NCBI GenBank assembly: GCA_963851265.1
Contig: CAWKNZ010000002.1
Location: 1,152,001 to 1,216,000 of the forward strand
DNA length: 64,000 nt
Source: an uncultured Gemmatimonadales bacterium
Lineage (GTDB): Bacteria; Gemmatimonadota; Gemmatimonadetes; Gemmatimonadales; Gemmatimonadaceae
Direction: 5' to 3'
Shown: positions 28,017-36,987 of the stretch, piece by piece
Layout: each line of letters begins with the position of its first letter
Position numbering within the stretch: position 1 is the stretch's first letter
Translations under genes and position numbers: made by a program
Notes under the pieces: model-generated
What the model saw: only the letters and a program-made list of their open reading frames with translations
Databases searched by the model: none
Told to the model about the DNA's origin: nothing

Positions 28017-28547
28017 ATGGACCGCGGACGAGACTTTTTGAAGAGCCAGGTCAACAACGCCGTCATGCAGCACCAGACCTTCCTCAAGAATCTGGAGGAC
28101 CACGAGGGCCAGGCCGAAGACCAGCGCTTCCGCGACCTCTGCAGCCGGTACATCCCGGAGATGCGCGAGCACCAGCGGATGCTGGAGCAGTACCAGCAGT
28201 CGATTGGCGCCGAGGTGGGCGCCGGCAAGAAGGCGCTCGGCGCCGCGCTCGGCATCGCGCGCGACCTCGCCGACGCCACGCGCGAGAGCGACTTCCTCCG
28301 CCTCGTAGGTGACATCGTCACCGCGCGGCAGTCCGAGGACACCTTCGGCACGTTCGCCGCCGTGGGCGCGCAGATCGGCGAGCCGCAGCTCACGCACCTC
28401 GGCGAGATGGGGCAGCGGCATCACGAGCAGTACGTGCGTGACGCGAACAACCTCGTCGCGCAGCTCTTCGTCGACCACGTCCGCGACACAGCGCCCGGCG
28501 CGTCCAGCACGAGTTCGCTCGGCTCCGAGCCGCGCGCCGCGTACTGA
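28017..28547 (+). CDS. Ferritin-like four-helix-bundle protein (YciE/DUF892-like), putative stress protein
   Basis: 176 aa, all-helical, with His/Glu clusters (MQHQ, EMREHQ, QSED, QRHHEQ). SD GAGGA before ATG 28017. Strong GC3 codon bias. Confidence 0.65.
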   Translation: MDRGRDFLKSQVNNAVMQHQTFLKNLEDHEGQAEDQRFRDLCSRYIPEMREHQRMLEQYQQSIGAEVGAGKKALGAALGIARDLADATRESDFLRLVGDIVTARQSEDTFGTFAAVGAQIGEPQLTHLGEMGQRHHEQYVRDANNLVAQLFVDHVRDTAPGASSTSSLGSEPRAAY

Positions 28548-28568
28548 GACGTCGACGCCCCGCGCGGA

Positions 28569-28632
28569 GGCGCGCAAAGCTAACGGTCCCGCGCGTGGCA
28601 CCCCACGCGCGGGACCGTTAGCTTTGCGCGCC
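28569..28632. repeat. Perfect 30-bp inverted repeat with a 4-nt loop
   Basis: GGCGCGCAAAGCTAACGGTCCCGCGCGTGG-CACC-CCACGCGCGGGACCGTTAGCTTTGCGCGCC, ending immediately before ATG 28633. Confidence 0.95.
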
Positions 28633-29634
28633 ATGCAACCCGCCGCCGACGTCGTCTCGCTCGCCGCCGAGCTGCTCGCCGCGCAGTCGTCGACCGGCGC
28701 CGAGGGCCCGGCGGTCGATTTCGTATCAGGGTGGCTCATTCGCCGCGGATGGGACGTCATGCTGCAGGAGGTCTCGCCGGGCCGCAGCAACGTCTGGGCG
28801 ACCCGCCGCGGCGGCGGCGTGACCTTCTCGACGCATCTCGACACCGTTCCGCCCTACTATCCCCCGCGGCTCGAGGGCAGCCGCCTGTACGGGCGCGGGT
28901 CGGCCGACGCCAAGGGCATCGCGGCCGCGATGATGGTCGCCGCGGATCGACTCGCCCGCGCGGGCGAGGAGCGCATCGACCTCCTCTTCGTCGTCGGCGA
29001 GGAGAAGGGCTCGGACGGCGCGCGGGCGGCGAATCACCTGCCGGCCACGAGCGCGTGGCTCGTCAACGGCGAGCCCACCGAGAGCAAGCTCGCGAGCGGG
29101 GCCAAGGGCTCGCTCCGCGTGACGGTTCGCACGCGCGGCCGCGAGGCCCACTCCGCGTACGCCCACCTGGGCCGGTCCGCGATCGACCCGCTCGTCGACC
29201 TGCTGTCGGGCCTGCGCACCCGGTCGTGGCCCGCAGACGACGCCCTCGGCGCGACGACCTACAACGTGGGCGTCATCCGCGGCGGGTCCGAGGCCAACAT
29301 CGTGCCGGCCGCGGCGGAGGCGGAACTCATGTTCCGAGTCGTCGGCGACCCCGCTCCGGTGCGCTCCCAGCTGACGGAATGGGCCGACGGCACGGCCCAA
29401 CTCGAATGGGGTTCGTACATTCCGGCCCAACGATTCCACACGATCGACGGGTTCGAGATCGCGCCGGTGTCGTACACCTCGGACATCCCGCTGCTCGGGC
29501 GTTGGGGAACGCCGTTGCTGTTCGGGCCCGGATCGATCACGGTCGCGCACACGCCGGACGAGTACGTGGCGGTCGGCGAACTGCGCGAGAGCGTCGACGC
29601 GTACGCGAGCATCGCGCGCGCGCTGCTCGCCTAA
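28633..29634 (+). CDS. M20 family metallo-hydrolase (ArgE/DapE-like), probable N-acyl-DAP deacylase by context
   Basis: STHLDTVP, GRGSADAKG, VGEEKGSDG, NGEPT, AHS, FGPGSITVAHTPDE; first gene of the DAP operon. Confidence 0.85.
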   Translation: MQPAADVVSLAAELLAAQSSTGAEGPAVDFVSGWLIRRGWDVMLQEVSPGRSNVWATRRGGGVTFSTHLDTVPPYYPPRLEGSRLYGRGSADAKGIAAAMMVAADRLARAGEERIDLLFVVGEEKGSDGARAANHLPATSAWLVNGEPTESKLASGAKGSLRVTVRTRGREAHSAYAHLGRSAIDPLVDLLSGLRTRSWPADDALGATTYNVGVIRGGSEANIVPAAAEAELMFRVVGDPAPVRSQLTEWADGTAQLEWGSYIPAQRFHTIDGFEIAPVSYTSDIPLLGRWGTPLLFGPGSITVAHTPDEYVAVGELRESVDAYASIARALLA

Positions 29635-29647
29635 CGCTCGCCGGTCC

Positions 29648-30799
29648 GTGTCGTCCCGCGATCCGGTACCCCTCGCGCGCGCGGACGCGTACCCCGTCCC
29701 CGTCGGCGGCCCGTGGCCGGTCGCGATCCTCGGCGCGACCGGCGCGGTCGGGCAGACCTTTCTGCGGTTGCTCGCCGGACACCCGTGGTTCCGCGTGACG
29801 GAGCTCGCCGCGTCCGAGCGCTCGGCAGGACGCCGCTACGCGGACGCGACGCGGTGGCTCGAAGGCGAGCTGCCCGACGCGCATCGCGACGCGACGGTGC
29901 TGCCGTGCGACCCCGCGGCCGTGACCGCACCGATCGTGTTCAGTGCGCTCGACAGCGGCGCCGCGGAAGCGGTCGAACCGGCGTTCGCCGCCGACGGCCG
30001 ACTGGTGCTGAGCAACGCGAAGAACTACCGCATGGCGGCGGACGTGCCGTTGCTCATCCCCGAGGTGAACTGGCCGCAGGCCGCGCTGCTCGACGCGCAG
30101 CCCGCCGTTCGCGGCTGGCCGGCCGGAGGCGCGCTCGTGACCAACGCCAACTGCTCTGCCACCGTCATCGCGATGGCGCTCGCCCCACTGCAGGCGGCCT
30201 TCGGCGTGGAGCGGGTGTTCGTGGCGACGATGCAGGCCGTCTCCGGCGCGGGATATCCGGGCGTGCCGTCACTTGACATCCTCGGGAACGTGATCCCGTA
30301 CATCGGCGACGAGGAGCCGAAGATCGAGGCCGAATTGCGCAAGCTCCTGGGCACGACCGAAGGGAGCGTCGCGCGCGACGCCTCGGTTCGCGTTGCGGCG
30401 CACGCGAACCGCGTTGCGGTGGAGCACGGACACACCGCGTGCCTCTCGGTCGGACTCGCGCGGCCCGCGTCGCCCGCCGACGTGACCGAGGCGATGCGCG
30501 CGTGGCGCGGGCCGGACGGGGTGGGCGCATGGCTCGCGCGCTGCCCGAGCGCGCCCGCGACGCCCCTCATCGTCGCCGATGCAGCCGACCGGCCGCAACC
30601 CCGGCGCGACCGCGACGCGGGCGCCGGGATGGCCGTGACGGTGGGCCGCGTCCGTGAGGACCCGCTCCTCGACGTGCGTCTCGTCGCGATGGGACACAAC
30701 ACGATCCGCGGCGCGGCGGGCGGCTCCGTGCTCAACGCCGAACTCCTCGCGTTGGGCGCGCCGCCGTGCGGCGGCCCGGTCGGGCCGTTCCGCCGGTGA
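29648..30799 (+). CDS. asd: Aspartate-semialdehyde dehydrogenase (archaeal/eukaryote-like clade)
   Basis: ILGATGAVGQ, ASERSAG, VPLLIPEVN, TNANCS, TMQAVSGAGYPGVPSLDILGNVIPYI, HNTIRGAAGGSVLNAE. Confidence 0.95.
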   Translation: MSSRDPVPLARADAYPVPVGGPWPVAILGATGAVGQTFLRLLAGHPWFRVTELAASERSAGRRYADATRWLEGELPDAHRDATVLPCDPAAVTAPIVFSALDSGAAEAVEPAFAADGRLVLSNAKNYRMAADVPLLIPEVNWPQAALLDAQPAVRGWPAGGALVTNANCSATVIAMALAPLQAAFGVERVFVATMQAVSGAGYPGVPSLDILGNVIPYIGDEEPKIEAELRKLLGTTEGSVARDASVRVAAHANRVAVEHGHTACLSVGLARPASPADVTEAMRAWRGPDGVGAWLARCPSAPATPLIVADAADRPQPRRDRDAGAGMAVTVGRVREDPLLDVRLVAMGHNTIRGAAGGSVLNAELLALGAPPCGGPVGPFRR

Positions 30800-30863
30800 C
30801 GGTCGTCGCGCTCGTGACCGCGCCGGCGTCCGCCGGCTTGCCGCGCGCCGCGGCTGGCCGACC

Positions 30864-32264
30864 ATGATCGTCGTCAAGTTCGGCGGCACCTCCGTCGGTG
30901 ACGCCGACGCGATCGCGCGCGCCGCCGACATCGTGCGCGGGCGCGTCGTCGCCCGTCCGCTCGTCGTCGTCTCGGCGATGGCCGGCGTGACCAACGCGCT
31001 GCTCGCACTCGCGGAGCAGGCCGCGCGCGGACACCTCGTCGGTGCGCTGAGCGGGGTGTCCACGCTCCGGGAGCGCCATCTCGCGGCGGTTGCCGCGCTG
31101 GCGCCCGGCGACGACGGGCACGAGGTGGCCGCCGACGTGAGCGCGTCGTTCGACGAACTCGCGCGACTGGCCGAGGCGCTCAGCGTGTTCGGCTATCTCA
31201 CGCCGCGAACCCTCGACGCGATCGCCGCGCAAGGCGAGCTCCTGTCGGCGCCGATCGTCGCCGCCGCGCTCCGCGCCCGCGGCGTCGCGACCGAGGTCGT
31301 CGACCCGCGCCAGCTCATGATCACCGACGACGCGTTCGGGCGCGCCGAGCCGCAGCACGAGGCGATCGCGGCGGCCGCGCGCGAGCGCGTACTGCCGCTG
31401 CTGCGCGAGGGCCGCCTTCCCGTGACCGGCGGATTCGTCGGCGCGACGCGCGACGGGATCACCACCACGCTGGGGCGTGGCGGCTCGGACTACAGCGCGT
31501 CGCTCCTCGGCGCCGCGCTCCAGGCCGACGCGATCGAAATCTGGACCGACGTCGACGGGATGCTCACGGCCGACCCGCGCGTGGTGCCGCACGCGCGCCT
31601 CATCGACCGGATCCGATTCGACGAGGCATCGGAGCTCGCGAGCTTCGGCGCGAAGGTGTTGCACCCGAGCACGATCACGCCCGCGGTGCGGCGGGGCATC
31701 CCCGTGTACGTGTACAACTCGCGGCACCCGGAAGGAACCGGCACGTTGATCACCGCGGACGCGCCGCGCCGCGCCGTAAGCGCCGTCGCCGCCAAGAGCG
31801 ACGTCACGGTGGTGAAGTTACGCTCCGCGCGCATGCTGCTGGCGCACGGGTACCTGCGAAACGTGTTCGACGTGTTCAATCGCCACGACACCTCCGTCGA
31901 CGTGATCGCGACCTCCGAGGTGTCGCTCAGCGTCACGCTCGACGACGCGTCCCGCCTCGACGCGCTCGTGGCGGACCTGCGCGCCTTCGGCGACGTCAGC
32001 GTCGAGCGCGGGCGCGGCATCGTCGCCGTGGTGGGCGCGGGGCTGACCGACGATCCGAGCGCGCTCGCGCGCGCCTTCGCCGCACTCGGGCCGGGCGTAC
32101 GCGTCCACATGGCCACGGTCAGCGCGACCGGGATCAACCTCACGCTCGTCCTCGATTCGGACCACGTCGGGCCCGCGATGCACCGGCTGCACGATGCCTT
32201 CTTCGAGACGCCGGTGAGCGCGCCCGCGAGTGCGCCGGCGACTGCGCCCGCGGTGGCCGCGTGA
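30864..32264 (+). CDS. lysC: Aspartate kinase
   Basis: MIVVKFGGTSVGD, VVSAMAGVTN, TTLGRGGSDYSA, WTDVDG, FGAKVLHP and two ACT domains. Confidence 0.95.
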   Translation: MIVVKFGGTSVGDADAIARAADIVRGRVVARPLVVVSAMAGVTNALLALAEQAARGHLVGALSGVSTLRERHLAAVAALAPGDDGHEVAADVSASFDELARLAEALSVFGYLTPRTLDAIAAQGELLSAPIVAAALRARGVATEVVDPRQLMITDDAFGRAEPQHEAIAAAARERVLPLLREGRLPVTGGFVGATRDGITTTLGRGGSDYSASLLGAALQADAIEIWTDVDGMLTADPRVVPHARLIDRIRFDEASELASFGAKVLHPSTITPAVRRGIPVYVYNSRHPEGTGTLITADAPRRAVSAVAAKSDVTVVKLRSARMLLAHGYLRNVFDVFNRHDTSVDVIATSEVSLSVTLDDASRLDALVADLRAFGDVSVERGRGIVAVVGAGLTDDPSALARAFAALGPGVRVHMATVSATGINLTLVLDSDHVGPAMHRLHDAFFETPVSAPASAPATAPAVAA

Positions 32265-32977
32265 TCGGGGAAGGGCGGGTGCGCGCCGCCGTCATCGGAC
32301 GCGGGCGGATGGGCCGTTCGATCGAGGCGCTCGCCGACGAGCACGGCGTGGAAGTCGTGGCGAGCCTCGGACGGGGCGATCCGGTCGGGCGCGAGACGTT
32401 AGGCGGCGCCGCCGTGGCGATCGAATTCACCGAACCCGGTGCGGCACTCGCGAATCTGCGTGCCTGCGCCGCCGCGGGCTGTCCCGTCGTCGTCGGGACG
32501 ACCGGCTGGGGCGCGCCGGACGCGGCATTGCGCGCGGAACTCGCGGCCGCGGGCGCGCGCGCACTCGTTGCCGCTAACTTCTCGCTGGGAGTCAACGCGT
32601 TGCTCGCGGCGGTGGGCCCCATCGCCGCGGCGCTCACGCGCGCGGGGTTCGTGGACCACCTCGTCGAGACGCACCACGCCGCGAAAAAGGACGCGCCGTC
32701 GGGTACGGCACTCGCCATCGCCGACGCGGTCCAGCGCGACGCGGCGCGGCCGCCGATCAGCAGCGTGCGCGTCGGCTTCGTCCCGGGCACGCACACGCTC
32801 GTGTTCGACGCGCCGTACGAGCAGGTTCGTATCACGCACGAGGCGCGTGACCGGCGCGTCTTCGCGTCCGGCGCACTCGTCGCGGCGCGCTGGCTCGCGG
32901 CGGGCCGGCCGCCGGGACTCTACACCATGCAGGACGTGATCGCGCCCGCGGCCGACGCGTCGGAGGCACCCCGATGA
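32261..32977 (+). CDS. dapB: 4-hydroxy-tetrahydrodipicolinate reductase
   Basis: GRGRMG, VVGTTG, ANFSLGV, ETHHAAKKDAPSGTA, ITHEARDRRVFASGA. Confidence 0.93.
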   Translation: MIGEGRVRAAVIGRGRMGRSIEALADEHGVEVVASLGRGDPVGRETLGGAAVAIEFTEPGAALANLRACAAAGCPVVVGTTGWGAPDAALRAELAAAGARALVAANFSLGVNALLAAVGPIAAALTRAGFVDHLVETHHAAKKDAPSGTALAIADAVQRDAARPPISSVRVGFVPGTHTLVFDAPYEQVRITHEARDRRVFASGALVAARWLAAGRPPGLYTMQDVIAPAADASEAPR

Positions 32978-33969
32978 GCGACCCGACATCCGGACGGCCG
33001 ACCCCGGCCGTGCTCGACGCCACGCCGCACGCGCGTCCCGGCGCGCGGCTGCGCGGCTGCGGCACGGCCCTCGTCACTCCATTCACCCGGGACGGTGCGG
33101 TCGACGTCGCCGCGCTGCGGCGCCTCGTCGCGTGGCAGCTCGCCGAGGGCGTGCACTTCGTCGTGCCGTGCGGGTCGACGGGCGAGGCGGCGACGCTGAC
33201 CGCCGACGAGCACCGGCGCGTCGTCGAGATTGTCGTCGACGAAGTTGCCGGACGCGTGCCAGTGCTCGCGGGCGCGGGATCGAACGACACGCGCAAGGCG
33301 ATCGAGGTGTCGCACGCAATGCGCGACGCCGGCGCGACCCACCTGCTGCACGTCTCGCCGATGTACAGCAAGCCGCCCCAGCGCGGGATCGAGGCGCACT
33401 TCCGCGCGATCGCCGACGCGGTCGCGCTTCCGATCGTCCTCTACAACGTGCCGGGTCGCACGGCGAGCAACATGGAAGCGGCGACGACGCTCCGACTCGC
33501 CGAGGTCGAGAACATCGTCGCGATCAAGGAAGCGTCGGGCAACCTCGCGCAGGTCGACGCGATCCTCCGCGACCGCCCGGCCGACTTCACCGTGCTCTCC
33601 GGCGACGACGCGCTCACGCTGTCGATGATCGGACTCGGCGCCGAGGGAGTCATCTCGGTGGTGTCCAACGCCACGCCGCGCGCGATGGCACAGCTCTGCG
33701 ACATGGCCGCAACTGGCGAGGCGGACGCCGCGCTCGAGACCCACCGACGTCTCGCGCCCTGGATGGATGCGGCATTCGTCGAGTCGAACCCGATCCCGGT
33801 CAAGGCCGCGCTCGCCATGTTGGGCGTTTGCGGCGACGCGGTCCGCTTGCCGCTCGTTCCGCTCGCCGATGAGCACCGGGCGCCCGTCGAGCGCGCGCTC
33901 CGGGCGGCCGGTGCGTTCGAACACGCGCCGGCGCGGTCGGACGCCCGCGAGGTGCTCGCGAGTGTCTGA
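32974..33969 (+). CDS. dapA: 4-hydroxy-tetrahydrodipicolinate synthase
   Basis: ALVTPF, CGSTGE, GAGSNDT, LYNVPGRT, IKEASG, SGDD, ESNPIPVK. Confidence 0.96.
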   Translation: MSDPTSGRPTPAVLDATPHARPGARLRGCGTALVTPFTRDGAVDVAALRRLVAWQLAEGVHFVVPCGSTGEAATLTADEHRRVVEIVVDEVAGRVPVLAGAGSNDTRKAIEVSHAMRDAGATHLLHVSPMYSKPPQRGIEAHFRAIADAVALPIVLYNVPGRTASNMEAATTLRLAEVENIVAIKEASGNLAQVDAILRDRPADFTVLSGDDALTLSMIGLGAEGVISVVSNATPRAMAQLCDMAATGEADAALETHRRLAPWMDAAFVESNPIPVKAALAMLGVCGDAVRLPLVPLADEHRAPVERALRAAGAFEHAPARSDAREVLASV

Positions 33970-34825
33970 CGCGCACACCGAGCTCGAAGCACGCGTGCTC
34001 GCGTCAGCAAACACGCCGCCGGCGGAACCGCTGCCCGGCGACGCCGGCGAGACGGTCGAACAGCTGCTCGCCGCTCTCGAGGCGGGCGGCCTGCGTGCCG
34101 CCGAGCAGGACGCGGACGGAACGTGGCGCGCCGTGCCCTGGGTGAAGCGCGGCATCCTGCTCGCGTTCCGTCTCGGCCGCGTCGTCGACATGTCGCCGGC
34201 CACCGACGGCGGCCCGGGGTTCCGCTTTTACGATAAGAACACCGTTCCGCCGCGCGACATCGCGATCGACGCGGGCGTCCGCCTCGTTCCCGGCGGCTCC
34301 GCGGTGCGACGCGGCGCCTACCTCGCCGCGGGCGTCGTCTGCATGCCGCCGATGTACGTCAACGTCGGCGCATGGATCGGCGCCGGCACGATGGTCGACT
34401 CGCACGCCCTCGTCGGCTCCTGCGCGCAGATCGGCGCGCGCGTGCACCTGAGCGCCGCGGCGCAGATCGGCGGCGTGCTCGAGCCGGTGAACGCTGCGCC
34501 TGTGGTGATCGAGGACGACGTGCTCGTCGGCGGCAACTGCGGCGTTTACGAAGGCACGGTGGTCCGGCGCGGTGCCGTGCTCGCCGCGGGCGTCGTGCTC
34601 ACGCGCGGCACGCCCGTGTACGACCTCGTGCGCGAGACCGTCTACCGGGCGACCGCCGACGCGCCACTCGAGATCCCACAGGATGCCGTCGTCGTGCCCG
34701 GAGCGCGGCGCGTGCGCGGCGGCTGGGCCGAGGCCGAGGGGCTGATGCTGCAGACCCCCGTGGTCGTCAAGTACCGCGACGAGCGCACCCAGCTCGCGAC
34801 CGCGCTCGAACAGTGGCTGCGTTAG
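33962..34825 (+). CDS. dapD: 2,3,4,5-tetrahydropyridine-2,6-dicarboxylate N-succinyltransferase
   Basis: WVKRGILLAFR, RLVPGG, YVNVGA, MVDSHALVGSCAQIG, IGGVLEP hexapeptide repeats. Confidence 0.94.
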   Translation: MSDAHTELEARVLASANTPPAEPLPGDAGETVEQLLAALEAGGLRAAEQDADGTWRAVPWVKRGILLAFRLGRVVDMSPATDGGPGFRFYDKNTVPPRDIAIDAGVRLVPGGSAVRRGAYLAAGVVCMPPMYVNVGAWIGAGTMVDSHALVGSCAQIGARVHLSAAAQIGGVLEPVNAAPVVIEDDVLVGGNCGVYEGTVVRRGAVLAAGVVLTRGTPVYDLVRETVYRATADAPLEIPQDAVVVPGARRVRGGWAEAEGLMLQTPVVVKYRDERTQLATALEQWLR

Positions 34826-34842
34826 GCGCCGGGCGGACGACC

Positions 34843-36100
34843 GTGGCCGGCACGGTTCGCGTGCCCGGCGACAAGTCGATCAGCCACCGCGCGCTCATGT
34901 TCGCCGCCCTCGCGTCGGGCAACTCGCGCGTTCGCGGCCTCCAGGACGGCGCGGACGTTCGCGCGACGGCGGGCGCGTTGCGCGCGCTCGGCGCCGAGAT
35001 CGCGGACGACTCCGACGGCACGCTCGTGCGCGGCGGTGCGCTCCGGCCCGCGACGCAGGCGCTCGCGTGCGAGAACAGCGGCACCACCGCCCGACTGCTG
35101 GCCGGCGTCGCCGCTGCGCAGCCGTTCACCACGCGCTTCGTCGGCGACGCCTCCTTGTCTCGCCGCCCGATGGCGCGGGTGGCGGAGCCGCTACGCGCCA
35201 TGGGCGCGTCGCGTCGAGTTCGACGGCTCGCAGCCGCGACTGCCGATGACGGTCGCCGGGGGCTCGCTGACGAACATCGAGTGGACGATCGCGACGGCGA
35301 GCGCACAGGTGAAGAGCGCGATCCTCCTCGCGGGTCTGCTCGCGGGCGTCGAGGTCGTCGTGCGCGAGCCGCACCTTTCGCGCGACCACACCGAGCGCAT
35401 GCTCGCCGCGCGCGGGGGCCAGGTGTACGTGCGCGACGGCGCCGTCTGGCTGCCGCCCGGCCAGCACCTGGTGCCGCTCGACGTCACCGTCCCCGCCGAC
35501 CCGTCGTCCGCCGCGTTCTTCGCCGCGCTCGCCGCCCTCGCCGCGCGCGGCTCGCTCACGCTTCCTGGCGTCTGTCTCAACCCTACGCGTACCGGCTTCT
35601 TCGGCGTGCTCGCGCGGATGGGTGCGCAGCTCGAGTTCACCGACCGTGCGAACGACGGCGGCGAGCCGGTCGGCACGCTCATCGCGCACGCCGCGGCCGG
35701 GCTGCGCGGCGTCGAGGTCGACGCGGCGGAGGTGCCGTCGATGATCGATGAACTGCCGCTCCTCGCGTGCGTCGCCGCCTGCGCCGAGGGCGAGACCACC
35801 GTGCGCGGCGCGTCGGAGCTGCGCGTGAAGGAAAGCGACCGGATTGCGACCGTCGTCGCGAATCTTCGCGCGCTCGGGGTCGAAGCCGACGAGCTGCCCG
35901 ACGGCTTCGTCGTCCACGGTGGCGGGCCGCGCCGACTCGACGGCGCTGTCGCGGCGCACGGCGATCACCGGCTCGCCATGGCGTTTGGCGTCCTCGGCGC
36001 GCTCGACGGGAACGACGTGAGGGTCGACGATCCGGCGTGCGTCGAGGTGTCGTACCCGGCGTTCTGGCGCGATCTCGCCGGCGCGGTCGGCTCGGGATGA
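34843..36100 (+). pseudogene. aroA: 3-phosphoshikimate 1-carboxyvinyltransferase with a +1 frameshift near 35209 (true lesion or sequence error)
   Basis: N-terminal half (VPGDKSISHRA, CENSGTTARL, GDASLSRRPM, LRAMGA) is in one frame. The remainder (ASAQVKSA, SRDHTERML, DPSSAAF, IDELP, ELRVKESDRI, DHRLAMAF, VSYPAF) is in the next frame. Alternative start GTG 34813. Confidence 0.9.
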
Positions 36101-36819
36101 GCGCCGCGTCCGTTCACCGGCGACCGATCGTCGTCGCGATCGACGGCCCGGCCGCGAGCGGGAAGTCGTCGACCGCTCGATGGGTCGCCGAGCGATTGCG
36201 CTTTCATCACGTCGACTCCGGCGCCCTCTACCGTGCGGTGACCCTGCTCGCGCTCCGCGAGCACGGCGCGGCGGCCGAGCGGTGGACCGGCGATGCGCTG
36301 GTCGCCGAAGCGGCCCGCGTCGGGCTTCTTCCCGTGCCGGCCGGCTTCGACCCCGCGATCGACGGGGCGTCGGTGGCCGAGGCCGTCCGCGGGAGCGATG
36401 TCACGCGCCACGTTTCGGCCGTGGCGCAGATGCCGGCCGTTCGGTCTTGGGTCAACGAGCGCGTGCGCGCGGCCGCGACGGCTCACCCCGTCGTGGTCGA
36501 CGGCCGCGACATCGGGACGGTGGTGTTCCCAGACGCTGCGCTCAAGATCTTCCTGGTGGCGGACCCGTGGGAGCGCGCGCGGCGTCGCCTTCTTCAGCAG
36601 CACGGCCGCGCGCCCGATGAGGCGGAGATCGCGGCCGAGACCGACCGGCTGGTCCAGCGGGATGCGCTCGACGCGACACAGACGGTGCAGGCGCGTGACG
36701 CGATCCTGCTCGACACCACGTTTCTGACGCAATCCGAGCAGGTGGACCGGATCGTCGCCCTCGTCCAGGCGCTGCCCGCGGCCGGGCGCGCCGCCCCGGA
36801 GCCGAGCTCGAGCGTGTAA
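36097..36819 (+). CDS. cmk: Cytidylate kinase
   Basis: AIDGPAASGKSS, DSGALYRA, VVDGRDIGTVVFPDA, ERARRR; aroA-cmk-rpsA synteny. Confidence 0.95.
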   Translation: MSAASVHRRPIVVAIDGPAASGKSSTARWVAERLRFHHVDSGALYRAVTLLALREHGAAAERWTGDALVAEAARVGLLPVPAGFDPAIDGASVAEAVRGSDVTRHVSAVAQMPAVRSWVNERVRAAATAHPVVVDGRDIGTVVFPDAALKIFLVADPWERARRRLLQQHGRAPDEAEIAAETDRLVQRDALDATQTVQARDAILLDTTFLTQSEQVDRIVALVQALPAAGRAAPEPSSSV

Positions 36820-36855
36820 GTGTCGCTCGGGTACGCACTTCCGTGCGTCGCTGCG

Positions 36856-36884
36856 TTGACGCGCGAGAAGGGACGCGCTATGAT
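36856..36884 (+). promoter_or_regulatory. Sigma70 promoter of rpsA
   Basis: TTGACG (36856-36861), 17-bp spacer, TATGAT (36879-36884). Confidence 0.75.
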
Positions 36885-36987
36885 GCAAGGTTCGCGCTGC
36901 GTGACCGGCCTTCGGTCGTGGCGTCCCTTCCTTCATGACTCGACGCGGCGAGCCTAAAGACCCCGCGGTTCGGAGAGCAGCTTCGGT

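Noticed and set aside
25304..28632. Genomic island or prophage integrated at the tRNAs
   Set aside because: No integrase, no duplicated tRNA 3' end seen, and composition looks like the rest of the window.
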